DNA of 64,000 nucleotides, taken from Penicillus capitatus. Taxonomy: Eukaryota; Plantae; Chlorophyta. Below, one piece after another: positions 12,631-23,985 of the stretch. A program made the position numbers and the translations under genes. The stretch is taken from the NCBI GenBank assembly GCA_965649825.1, contig OZ287702.1, positions 507,170 through 571,169 on the forward strand, given 5' to 3'. The notes under the pieces are model-generated. The model saw only the letters and a program-made list of their open reading frames with translations. It was not told where the DNA came from and searched no databases. Positions within the stretch are counted from its first letter, which is position 1. Each line of letters begins with the position of its first letter.

Positions 12631-13829
12631 CTTGAACGATGAGATTCTTCAAACGAAGTCTAAGAATGCGTGCGTGGGTCTGAAAATGAAGCATCGATGG
12701 ATTGTCGAGTCCGGCTCTTTATTTTCTGTCTTCTATTGTACAAACTCGCAGAAAGGGAAATTACGTGCAACCTGGCCATTCGGCTAAACACTCTTTCTTG
12801 CTAAACTGTGAGGTCACTTGCAATCTTCCCTGCGCGTTCTGTAAATTCTTTTCTACGTGCTCTTAGAGACAGTAACAGAAGCAGCTGGCGGAACGCGGCA
12901 TTTTTCCAGTCTGTGCAAAGATCCAGGAGGTAGATGTCGGTGTACTTAAACTGCCCCTGCGAACTTATAACGATGAGGCTGTCATGCGCATCTTACTTCC
13001 TGTCCGACTTCCGGTTCCTTCAAAATAAAAGAGATATCTTTCTATAGGCCTGAAAACTAGATGAGGGTCTTGTTCGTCATCAGATGTGGAGTTTCATGCA
13101 TCCCGTCGACGGACTTGGATTTGAGATTTTCATTCACAAGAGGTTCTTCTACTTATGTCCACGTGGGTCTTTTAGAAGCTGAATGCATACGCATGCGTTG
13201 TTTCGACAAGTGCAAGGGAACAAGGGAGGCAGGCACAGAGGGACATGCGTCAAAAGAGAGATGTCGTGTTTAGTGTATGTGAACATGCGAGGGTGCGGCT
13301 TCTGTGGTTTTATGTCCGGCGACGACTCGTCCTTTTGGCTTTAGAGATTCTACAACAGCGTCTGCATCGTCATCTAGTTCCGTCTTCGGTGATTGTTTTC
13401 ACTCCTACTTTTCTGGTGGACTGAGAAGCTTTATGAACTAGTGAGCGCATCTCCTACAACGCCCTATTCTTTATATCATGTTCTTTCAGCGAAAAATCAA
13501 CGCAAAACGCAGATATACAAACAGTTTGTTGTGGTCTCCGTTTGCGTTTTCATCTCGACGTCGTGTGGCTTTTTCTTGGTTCAGAATTTAGCAAAACAAA
13601 TGTGTTTCACGCATTTCTCGTTCCCGACGAGGCCTTTTCGCATCGTCCGTGCTTGGGTCGCTTCCATGCTCAAAACGCTTGGCAACTTCTGCCGTCACAC
13701 TTTGCATTATTTTCCTATAGTGGCGCCGACGGTTTTTTGGGCCAAGCGTCTTTGAATTCTCAAAAACGTTAAAGTGTTAATGTCTGTCGACAGCATGTCG
13801 ATTAGCTGCCAAGAACGGGTAAGGTTTTG

Positions 13830-14460
13830 TAGTTCGTGATCAACGGTGACTTTGTGATAAACGCTTCGGGAAAGCCGTTTCTCATCGTCGATCCGCAAAC
13901 GGAAGAAGTCATCGCTAATGTCTCCCAGGCAGTTGTGGAGAATGCCAATCGTGTTGCCCAAGCTGCACACATCGCCTTAAATGAAGGACCCTCTGACCTC
14001 GTCTCTCCGGAAGAATCCATCACATCAATCGCATTCTATCTTACTCGACATCGCTTTCTTTAGGAGCGTGGACATATCATGGACAGATTCACTTATCTTC
14101 TTGAACAGCACCAAGAAAACTCCCTCGTCTAGAAGCAATAGTCGATGACTTGATCCAGTCCACAGACATGATGTGCGTTGAGTGTACGACAGTGGGAAGC
14201 CACTGATGGTCCTGCCCTGCAAGGTCGACATTCTAACTGCCATCAATCTTATCCGTTGTTATGTTATTGTGCCGTGCAGTTAGGCAGACAAGATCCACAG
14301 ACAAACGATCCCAGTGGACAACAGTTACTTTGCCTAGACGTTGCACGAGCCAATGGGCGTCGTCGGAGGGGTAACGATAGATAGCGCTTCATCTTAGCTG
14401 AGAGACCATGAATTCGCCAGAACATTCCATCAAACTTCCATTGGTGATGGCGGCCCGGAA
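13830..14460 (+). pseudogene. Aldehyde dehydrogenase (ALDH2-like) pseudogene, 5' part only
   Basis: Collinear fragments: FVINGDFVINASGKPFLIVDPQTEEVIANV, ERGHIMDRFTYLLEQH, YDSGKP, *ADKIHRQTIP...*TLHEPMGVVG, NIPSNFPLVMAARK. Introns are retained, there are in-frame TAG stops, and it ends abruptly at ~14460. Confidence 0.85.
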
Positions 14461-17400
14461 ACGACGTAGACATGTCTCGGCGTCTTGTCGACTTCGGGGC
14501 GAAGAATCGTCGTGTATTGACAGGAAGGCAGTTCAACAGCATCGCGAGGACCGTCATCGATCGGAGGTGTCTGGATGACGGACGTCTCGCAGTCCATGAG
14601 CATCATTATCCTTGCATTCGAACATCGGTTGACAAACGCTGACTTCGTCCTGTTCGAAGTTCGTTGGTTCACATAAGACTTTTTCGGGTCATGCAACGAA
14701 TGCCCGTAGAATCGCTGCTCCATCTGGCAGGAACAGTTCTCTTAATCGCCTGTTCGACAGGAGCACAACAGAGTCCCGCAGGTAGTGATGCGATTCGTTT
14801 CGTTGCCGGCTTGGCGGACGATCCTTGCTATTTTTGTCACTTCTTGTCCGATGGCTCGACGTTTCGCTGCCCGAATTCAAGAAGCTGCTGTCATCGACTT
14901 CGTCACCAGTGCGACCTTCGTAGGTGACGGGTGCAAACTGCCGAAGAAGATCGTTGACGAGACCCATGACGACGCGACACGGGCATGGCATGTCGACGAC
15001 GCTTACTTCGAAGACCACGACTTGCAAGACGTCGTCGACTGCGCCTCCGACGGCGACACCATTCGGCTGAACGTCTCCAGACCTGTCCAGCCGAAAAGAC
15101 AGATCGAAATTTCAAAGCGTCTGGAAATCCGAGGACCCCGACGCGACGAGGAGAAGTCCACGCGACAAGCACGCGCGAAACCAACTCTGACGTGTCCTCC
15201 TAATGACCCCCTCTTCGTCATCAGGTCGGTGACGGAGTGCTTCCATCGATGTCTTTTCAGATCTCTTCTATTCTTAGGGATGTCGACGTCGTCTTGGAAA
15301 ACGTCTCCGTCCGGGGCTGCGTCTTCACCGATCCGTTCTACAACCTCAGTGTCGTCGAGATCAGCTGCGATCGATCACGCGATGGCGATATTGTATTGGA
15401 AATGCGCGGCGTCGACTTCAGCCACAACATGAATCCAGGCGGCATCGCAGGATTCCGTGCCCAAGATCCGTCATGTGTCAAGGTCAAGCTGCGTGACTTT
15501 GATTTTCACGGGAACACCTACTTCCTTGGTTCCATATTCGGCCACAAAAATGATCTTGAAAACATCGTTATCTCAGAGAACACTCAGCGGCGTCAGTCTG
15601 TTGTTGGCGACAGAATGTCCTATCACACGTCGCAGAGAATTTATATCCCTTCGAACGTCGACCTGCCCACATGGTAATGCTTCCTTGCTTTGCAGGCAGA
15701 CGTGCGATTTGCGTTCGATCGTAGGACGAAAAGCTTTCCCGGCGGCTACACTGAGATGCACGCTTTGGACAACGCTGCCTTCCGATTCCCTGAAGCATCT
15801 ACGAGCACTGTGAAAGATCTCGTCTCCGTCGACAACGCTGGCTACCCTGTGTCCGTCGACAGAGGGTCCCTGTCGATCAGCGGGAATTCAAAGTTTGCAA
15901 ACAACACCGGCAATGCTGGCGCCGTCATCGTTGCCTCCGAGAGCAAAGTCGCCCTGAAAGGCGCTCAGTTTGAGTACAATATCTACTTTAATCCGGGTGG
16001 ATGCCTGGATCTACGAAACGGATCCAGCGGTGAAATCAGCTCCACACGCTTCTTCAAGAACGCTGCCAGAGATGGTACCTGCATCCGTGCCACCTCTCCT
16101 GCGCATCTGGAGATCAGGGACTCCGTTTTCGAGGAGAACCACAGTGTTGACAGAGGATGCATTTGGGTCAATGGTTCCAGCGATTCGACCTCTGCCGTCA
16201 CCCTCTCTAACTGTGTCTTTGCCAACAATACAGCGCATGCGGATGCTAGAGCAGGAATCGTCCGTGGTTCCGTAATGTTTGAGCATTTTGACCATGGACA
16301 TGTTTTGACAGAGTCAACAAGTTTCGAGAGCCATGAATCCGGGAGCTGTAGTAACAAAGAGGACGATCATGTTGGATTAATCATCATGGCCAACACCCGT
16401 AATGTGTCATTCAAAGCCGACAGTTCATCTTTCGCAAGGGCACCTAGAGTCGGGGGAGCAGGCCCTTTGGGATCTGCGTTTCGCTTTGTGGATACCACCG
16501 GGGTGCTGGAAATAGCGCGATCTCGTTTTGAGAATCTCTTTGGCTGTGGCCATGGCAGCAGCATTTTCTTGAGAAACAGTCCAAGTCACGACGCTCGCAC
16601 GGTGCTGAACGTGACTGAAAGCAATTTCTCCTCTATCGTCGCATTCGGAGGCACAGTCTACGCGAAAGGACGGGAGATCGAGGTTGAAGTGAGAGGTAGT
16701 CGATTTGAGCGCAATTCCGCCCAAGCAGAGAACCCTTATCATAATCTGGCCGGCAATGTTCTGTTCGTAGAAGACATAAAGACACTCAAAATGACAAACT
16801 GCACTGCGATGCATAACTTCGTTGACAACCGAGGAGTCCAACCAGCTTCCGGATCGGTTCACATACAGAGGACAGACAGTGTGATGATAGAAGATAGCGT
16901 ATTCACCGCAAATTCAGTCGGAATAAGAAGAGGACAAACTGGGGGCGCCATCTATCTCTCCACCGGAGGGAAGCAAGGAGAACTGGACGTGGTTAATTGT
17001 CGCTTTGAAGACAATGTTGCGTCCAGTGGCGGTGCCATCTATGTTAGAGGCCTCACACGACTTAACGTAAGAGACTGTGTCTTTCGAAACAACATTGCTG
17101 CCGAATCTGGAGGAGCCATTCTTGCATCTGACTGCATGATGGCAACGTTTACGAAGATCAGCTTTGAAGCAAACGAGGCAAGACTCGGAGGAGCCTTGGC
17201 TTTCTGTGGTGATAAGGGTCCGACAGTCGAAGGAAGCTCTTTTGTGCGGAACAAAGCTCAGAAGGGAGGAGGCATTGCTTACGTGGATAACCATCCACCG
17301 ACGTCGACAAACTTTGGACCGACATTTCAACCGAAGATGTCTTCGAGTAGATTTGTCGAGAACGAAGCGGCAATCGGAGGTCAACTTTTGGTTGTGCTGG

Positions 17401-20400
17401 GTGTCAATGATGCAGTTTTCTGTTGTCTTGTTTAGGTGCGATTTTCTTTGATGCCTCGGTCCCTGAAATATCGGTAGAAAAAGATCACAGTAGAGCCAAT
17501 CCGTTCTCAGAGAGTGCTTCCCGTTTAACGTTCCGCAGAAATCGAGCTTCTGTCGCTGGAGGTGCAGTTTTTGCACTCAATCCACACCGTGTCGAAGTCC
17601 TTGCCCCCAAATGTAGAAGTTTTGTGGAGGATTCACACACTCAAAACTTCACGATCACATCGTTCGCAAAAAGTGCTGTGTGCAGAGCGATGAAGGGAAA
17701 CACTGTGGGGGAAGGTGGGTATGGACCCGACATTGCTACACCAGCATTCGGTTACTACGTCACACTGTACTACAAGAACGGGACGCGTGTGCCGCTGGAG
17801 CAGGGAGACGAATATGGTCTGGGAAGGTGGAAGAGTGGCGACGATCTCCCAGCCATAGAAGTCTCCATGTACGATCACTACGGACAGGGTCCAGCCAGAA
17901 GAGGATCCCGAGACGCAAAGGCCCAGTTTGGCGATTTGGAGGACGTGCATCTGCCCGACTACTTGTCGTACGCCAGAGCAGTTCTGGTGTCGGACGACGG
18001 TCTCCTGCCGAACGACCTGGTCGGCAACCTAACATCTGGGAGGGACAACATTACCGTCGGCCCGCCGCTGGTGACGCCCGACGACTACACGGCGGCCTTG
18101 ATTGTCCCAGATCTGAGCGAAGAACACGTCACGCTGTCTGTCAACATCCGTCCCTGTGTGATCAACGAAGTCCCTCGAGATGACAACAGAGGCTGCATCG
18201 AATGCAAGCCCGGACGCTACAACTTCGATCCTGAGACCGGGACATGCACCGTCTGTCCCGACAACGGCGACTGCTCTGGCAAGTACGCGCTGCCAAAGTC
18301 TGGACACTGGAATGCGTTCCCCTGCTCGCACCACATGCAGAAGTGCGTGTTCGGGGAAGCCTGTCGTGGACTCAATGCGTCGGAACTGAACAGAACGGTC
18401 GCGGTCGATGCGGCAGAAGGGTGTGACTTCTCCGATGAAGAGATCGAGCAGTACCAAGCCGATTTGTGCGAGGACGGGTACGAAGGCCCTCTGTGCGGAT
18501 CATGCGCAGAGGGTCATGGCAAACTGGGCGCCTTCCGGTGTCTGGTCTGCGGATCCAATGCCTCGGCGGTTTTTGCTGTTCTGGCTGCTTTCTTCATCTT
18601 GACGATGCTCACCTTGCTTCAGATCAGAGGAAACCTCACTCTTGCCAATCACCCACAGTCTCAACGGAACTCATCTCGTTTTGTCCTAAGCTGGAAGCGC
18701 CTTCCCGTCCCCTTAGCTGCATACATTAGCCGCAGGGCCATGCGTCTTCCCGAACAAGAGAGAGAATCCGAAGAACAAACAGAAGCACGACAGGATCGAA
18801 ACGAGAACTACGAAAACAAGGCCAAGGAAGAGAGCACGAAGTTTGTGCAAGTTCTGAAGGTAACGTCCCTTTTACAGCAGCTCCCTTCCTTTTCATGATC
18901 GCAGATCACCATCAACTTCGTCCAAGTGGTGGCCACTGGAATCGCACTCGACATGGCGTGGTCACCTGCCATTCTCCGACTCTTCGAATCATGGGGTAAC
19001 CAACAACTGTCGCTGCGGTGTAACAGAGATGTGTGCTCTGTGCAGATTGGATAGGAGGCGCTGTCAGTCAGGCATCTACCTTCTCATTCATGTGCCTGCT
19101 GTCGAAGAACGGATCAGCACCGAGATCTGTTCTTCAGGCAGCTCTCGTCACTGTGATCCCTTTGGCCGTCGCTTTTTTTATATGTGCGTTTTGGGTATGC
19201 AGCGCAACCAAGAAAGACAGACCGTGGAACTATCTGGCAAAGAGATTCGTCCTGACAGTGGTGTCTGTGCTTTACGTTGCCTATCTGCCCCTCTTCCGAA
19301 CAGCCATCAACGTTTTCTCCTGTGTCGATGTCTATGACTCCGCTACCCTTCATGGCATTGACACCTCTAACTCGTATTGGGCAGAGGATACCTCTGTCAG
19401 ATGCTTTGCCGACAGTCATGCCACACTCGTTTTTGCCATCGCCATACCGCTTATCATTTTCGCCATCCTTTTCCTCGTTTCCTTGGGAATGATCTTGATC
19501 ATCGCTAGAGAAAGGGGGATTCTTGACTCCCCGTGGATACAGGAGACCATCGGAATGCAGTTCAAAGGCTTTAAAGAAGCCTATGTTTTCTGGGATTGTA
19601 TTGTCTTGCTAAGAAAGGCCTTGATCGCTGTTATTGCCACTTTTTCACACAGCCTGGGGGCCAATTTGCAAGGACATCTGCTCATTGCACTTCTTCTGCT
19701 TGTTCTGTTCTTGCACATCATGGTGTCGCCATTCAAAGCAGAACTCGAGGCCCTCAATCTTCTGGAATCTGCCTCCCTTTTTGTCAGCCTGTGCACTGTT
19801 CTTTGCGGTCTCATTCTGGACGACGAGAAGACGTCCGATGACAGTCTGCGGGCCTTCCTGGTCGCAGTCGTTCTTCTGCTGAACATCGGTCTCCTTCTGA
19901 TCCTTTTCTTTTTCTTGGCGAAGCATAAGATTCGCACAATTAGATTCTATTTGCTCTCGGCGGGCAGAGAGTCACACAAAAGTACTTTGATTAGCATGAT
20001 TACAATCTACTGTATGTTGCGCTTCCGCCAATTCGTGGACGCACTTTGGAAGAAAGATCGCAGCACTCAGACCGTCATCCATGTCCAAGTTAGGCAAGAA
20101 ACGGATCCCGATCAAGTTGAACTAGTCGACCGCTCGAACTGAAGCGTTCGAGCTCGGAGTTTTATTTTTGCAGATGAACGGACAACAACACTCTGGTTCC
20201 TTTTAGATTCCTAAAAGGGAGTGATCTTACGTTTCACTCATTTTTCATCCATCGCATTTTTATTTGTGCAACTCAAGGTCATTAGATCTTGATTCGGTCG
20301 TTCGTTAAGCATGCATGATGTTCTTTTCTCCCTTTGCACAGCATTAAATAAATCACGTACGTGTTCAACGTTTGCCGGCACGGATGGAAAACAATTCAAA

Positions 20401-20730
20401 TGATGACTTTTGTTATGAAGTACAAGACTACGAGTCATGTGCGGAAAGAACACAGGTGAGAGGACTAAACAGGTCTCTTTGTGAATGTCTGCAGTAATGT
20501 CGTTTTGAACAGTAGCAAAGGTTTAATATTGCGCGCCTTGTATGGAAGATATCTAAGACAACGCGTGTCGTCATTAACGGGTGGATTGCGTCTGTTTATA
20601 TATCGCTGCAGCTAAGGCTGAGGAAATGCAAACAGACGACCAGAATTTGACAGAAGCTGACTTCTTTAAAGATGTGCGCAGAAGTGAAAACATGGCACGT
20701 ACAGTGCGTTCCAGTTGCTCAGAGACAAGG
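14458..20730. repeat. Segmental duplication, copy 1 (copy 2 at ~45071-51360)
   Basis: Homology starts at AAACGACGT (14458/45071), is very high across the gene, and decays in the last ~600 bp. Confidence 0.93.
14785..20142 (+). CDS. Large cell-surface protein, copy 1: signal peptide, parallel beta-helix (GGAI repeats), Cys-rich region, multi-pass TM C-terminus; 6 exons
   Basis: Introns at 15225-15277, 15674-15725, 17380-17435, ~18860-18904 and ~18997-19044 join the ORFs in frame. It has F..N.A..GGAI repeats, a CIECKPGRYNF/CEDGYEGPLCGSC Cys-rich module and about 7 hydrophobic segments. Confidence 0.85.
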
Positions 20731-22160
20731 AAGATAGATAACAGTTTTGCGCCTTCGTGTTGCCGATTTTCGCTGAACGCTGAGTATATTCAAGATCTGC
20801 TCGCTTCTCATCTAGAATCCGAAAACATGACGATGCGTGTTGCTCGTCTACTATGGAGACACTTGGGAGTCATGGATCGTTATCGCTTGAAGTCGTAAAC
20901 ATTCGGCCCGCGTGAAGAAACTGTGCATGGTACAATGTGCGAAAAAACTCTTCTCAGTCTCTGCCTGGGTTACACCACAATCACTTTTCCTCACATACAA
21001 TATTGCCAGCAGAGTAAAGAGACCTCGTTCACGAGAGTAGACTTCGCTGACACTTCGAGTGAGAGGATTACTAGACGCGAAAGGGTTTTGGTCTCCCTCG
21101 GCTTGAAGCGACCGATAATGTTGTTGGTTAACTTGGATTGCGAGCCAGAGTTCTTCATGGCTTCAAAGTCCGCCGTCGATGAAAATCCTCCATAGGTCCA
21201 CAAGGCATGCATGCGTTGACCAATGGCTATAATGGAAGGGGTAAAAAAGGCTCTTTTCTCTTCCTGTTAAAGCTGAGGCTCTCGAATCTCGCGTTGAGAG
21301 ACTTGTTTCTCCTCTCTCCTCGTCATCGTCATTTTCACGAAGAGCAACAGACAGTCTGGCTACTAAATTGTCTTTTCGATAAACTAGGCACTCGACTGTC
21401 GTCCCCGCCGGCGCTGAATGCCTATCATTCTGAGCGGTCAAGGCGAACTAGACCAGTCCAGTTTTCAGTTCACAAGAAGTGTTCGCAAAACCAACGGAGA
21501 CCAGCCAAGGATCGTTGTTGTGTGCAAGCCAATCTCACTCGAGGTCAGTCTGCTACTCGAGATACTCTTCTGAATGAAACGCGGCAGTTGTCGAAAGCAT
21601 TGGGCAAGGCGACACCCAACACAGAGTCAGACTCAAGGTAACAAACGACTTGAAAATCTCCGGCACTACGTGTTCCCTCGCTGCATTTTCTGATCGTTGC
21701 GACGTTGTTGCTTCACGTTCCTGGAGTACATGCAATCTGGAATCTTCTCGAACCGACTGAGTGAGTCTCACCTTCTGACGAATGTGCCATTCACTAAGAA
21801 CGTGTGGTCTTGCTTGAGCCTTTCTGCTTTTCATCTGTCTATTATTTCCGACGCAGCGGCGAATGGGAGATTCCGGGACTGTCACGTCAGCATTCCAAAC
21901 GTCTGCCTTCGACATCATAGGCGCGTTTCGTCCTCGTCGCGTCTCGCGTGTTTGTTGCAGGTTTCTGCTTTCTGTTCGCTACTCATCGTTGACGATTCGC
22001 GGAGCGAGATGAAGAGATACAGGACCGGTCTCCTTATCAAATCGCCAAAGGCCGGGACGTCGATGGATGAAAGTCAACGAGATTGGGCGTCGCTTCCATT
22101 GCCCGTCGTCGACAGTCTCGTTCGCGTTCTCAAGAACACTCGAAGATGGAGACTGGAGGG

Positions 22161-22315
22161 TGTGAGGCCATTGATTTAGATAAGGGGAATGATGAAAAGA
22201 CCGACATGACGTTGAACATTAAAAAACGAATCGTTGTATGGGAAAAAACCTTTTTCACCTTTTTCGACCATTCCGTCTTGAACTTTTTCGACGTGCGGAA
22301 GATGGTCCTCTCACA
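22161..22315 (+). repeat. 5' LTR (155 bp)
   Basis: TGTGAGGCCA...GTCCTCTCACA, identical base by base to 26819-26973. Confidence 0.98.
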
Positions 22316-23951
22316 TGGTTTCGGAGCGAGGCTGGCACTGTATGCCTTTTGCCTCGGAGTTTTTTCTGGCGTCGCTTTTGTCGTTGACGCATCGTCAGCG
22401 TCTGAGGGACTCAGTGAATCGGAGCTGCTGAGTCAATTGCCTCCTCAGACTACCATGGTGGATCTTCTGAAACGTGTCCGCGAGCTCACAAGGGAGAGGG
22501 ATGCGTGCAGAAGCTCACTCAGGAATCTTAAAGACGGCAAGCAGCGACAACAAGGCGCAACCTCGGAAAGTGCCGACAGCGCCTCGGACAAGGCTGATTC
22601 TCCCTCGGGCAAGAAATCCTCATGGTTTGGCTTCTTTCGTAGACCTCAAAGAAGTCCCTCGGATGCTCGAGAGGAGCCAGTGAACTACAAAACCTATGCC
22701 CGCAATCTGTATTCCCGTGTGATTGCATCATGTGGTCGCGTCACGACCTCGTTAGCGACGTTTTTCAGTGTCTCTACCATTTTTGTGGGACGCACGTTAC
22801 TCGTGATCACTTTGCTGATAGCTTTCAACATTCTTGCATGGTGCTGGTTGCGATTTGCTAAGTTGTGCTGCATGATTAGAGTTTTATGGAATGCAGCTTT
22901 TGTTATACCTCTCGTTATCGTGATGAAGAACGTGTTTTTATCTGTTTGGGGAATAATTTCTGAAACATTGCAGAAGCCCAAGATGGCTTCATTCCTTGAT
23001 GCAGTGAGGTTGCTAGACGATCTCAAGAAGCTCAAATTTGCGAGGAACGAATCTGCTTCCGCTTTTGTGGCAAGAGTGATAAGTGTGATTAAGTCCAGGA
23101 AAGTCAATCTGCCAGATGAGGTAGTTGTTCCTGTCGTACTTGATCATTTGGACGATAATCTGAGACGTATGATGCTTCAAGTGGATAAGCATCTCACTTT
23201 AGAAAAGATATCTGCGATGCTCGAAAGTGCAGAATATCTCAGATCTGCCAAAGACCTGTCCGCTTATGGAGCTAGGATTGACGCCCCTCAGACCATTAAA
23301 GCCGAGAGAGAGTGCGTTGCCGAGCCTCGAATCTCAGTCAAGACTTGTCATCGTTGCGGTGGATCAGCGCACCCCATGTGGACGTGTCCTCTTCGGCCCA
23401 CTCACCCAAGCAAGCCGTGTGTGATCTGTGGCAATGGCCACTACCATTGGAGAGACCAGTGCCCTCAACGAGTCGGATCTACGGATCGCATGATGGCACA
23501 GAGAGTCGGTCGCCAGCCACGGACAAATCACGAGGTTCTGCCGACTGAAAAAACGCGTGATGCAGCCAGATATCTATACCATGTAGAGGCGAGTATACCC
23601 TCTCATCCTCAAGGCGTTTCGATGCTCGTTGACAGTGGCAGTGCACACAGTCATCTCCCTCAGAGCGTCGTCAAGAAGCTTGGACTTCCTGTCGATGCGT
23701 CAGATATCAAGATCGTTGCTGGATTCAATGGCTCGATCGAGCCTATCCTTGGGGTGGCCAAGATGGCAGTGACCCTAGGCGATGAGCAACGGACAGTGTC
23801 TTTTCTGGTGAGTAAGGCTGTATCGAAGATAATACTTGGGAATGAGGCAATGAAGGACTTTGCTTTGAAGTTGAACTGGAAGGAAGACTGTCTAGAGGCC
23901 GAGAACGGCACTAGATTGTACTGTCATCACGTAGCGTCAAAAAACGAATGA
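22302..23951 (+). CDS. gag: Gag-protease ORF1 with hydrophobic N-terminal extension
   Basis: Zn knuckles CHRCGGSAHPMWTC and CVICGNGHYHWRDQC, aspartic protease LVDSGS and IILGNEAM. The ATG at 22302 lies inside the LTR. The frame is also open from a host-derived ATG at 22083. Confidence 0.92.
   Translation: MVLSHGFGARLALYAFCLGVFSGVAFVVDASSASEGLSESELLSQLPPQTTMVDLLKRVRELTRERDACRSSLRNLKDGKQRQQGATSESADSASDKADSPSGKKSSWFGFFRRPQRSPSDAREEPVNYKTYARNLYSRVIASCGRVTTSLATFFSVSTIFVGRTLLVITLLIAFNILAWCWLRFAKLCCMIRVLWNAAFVIPLVIVMKNVFLSVWGIISETLQKPKMASFLDAVRLLDDLKKLKFARNESASAFVARVISVIKSRKVNLPDEVVVPVVLDHLDDNLRRMMLQVDKHLTLEKISAMLESAEYLRSAKDLSAYGARIDAPQTIKAERECVAEPRISVKTCHRCGGSAHPMWTCPLRPTHPSKPCVICGNGHYHWRDQCPQRVGSTDRMMAQRVGRQPRTNHEVLPTEKTRDAARYLYHVEASIPSHPQGVSMLVDSGSAHSHLPQSVVKKLGLPVDASDIKIVAGFNGSIEPILGVAKMAVTLGDEQRTVSFLVSKAVSKIILGNEAMKDFALKLNWKEDCLEAENGTRLYCHHVASKNE
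22316..22331 (+). promoter_or_regulatory. Primer-binding site TGGTTTCGGAGCGAGG (tRNA-iMet-like, imperfect)
   Basis: Directly follows the LTR's CA end and starts with TGG. 10 of 12 bases match the canonical plant iMet PBS TGGTATCAGAGC. Confidence 0.75.
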
Positions 23952-23985
23952 CACCGGCTCCCTCAGCCGGTTTAAAACGGAGGGA
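23939..23985 (+). promoter_or_regulatory. Predicted -1 ribosomal frameshift signal (A_AAA_AAC, 7-nt spacer, H-type pseudoknot)
   Basis: The heptamer is correctly phased in the gag frame (TCA AAA AAC GAA TGA). Stem 1 is ACCGGCT/AGCCGGT, and its loop CCCTC pairs with downstream GAGGG. pol lies in the -1 frame. Confidence 0.8.

Noticed and set aside
14458-20730. Duplicated block as a DNA transposon or Helitron cargo
   Set aside because: No TIRs, TSD, transposase or clear Helitron ends were seen, and the right boundary decays gradually.
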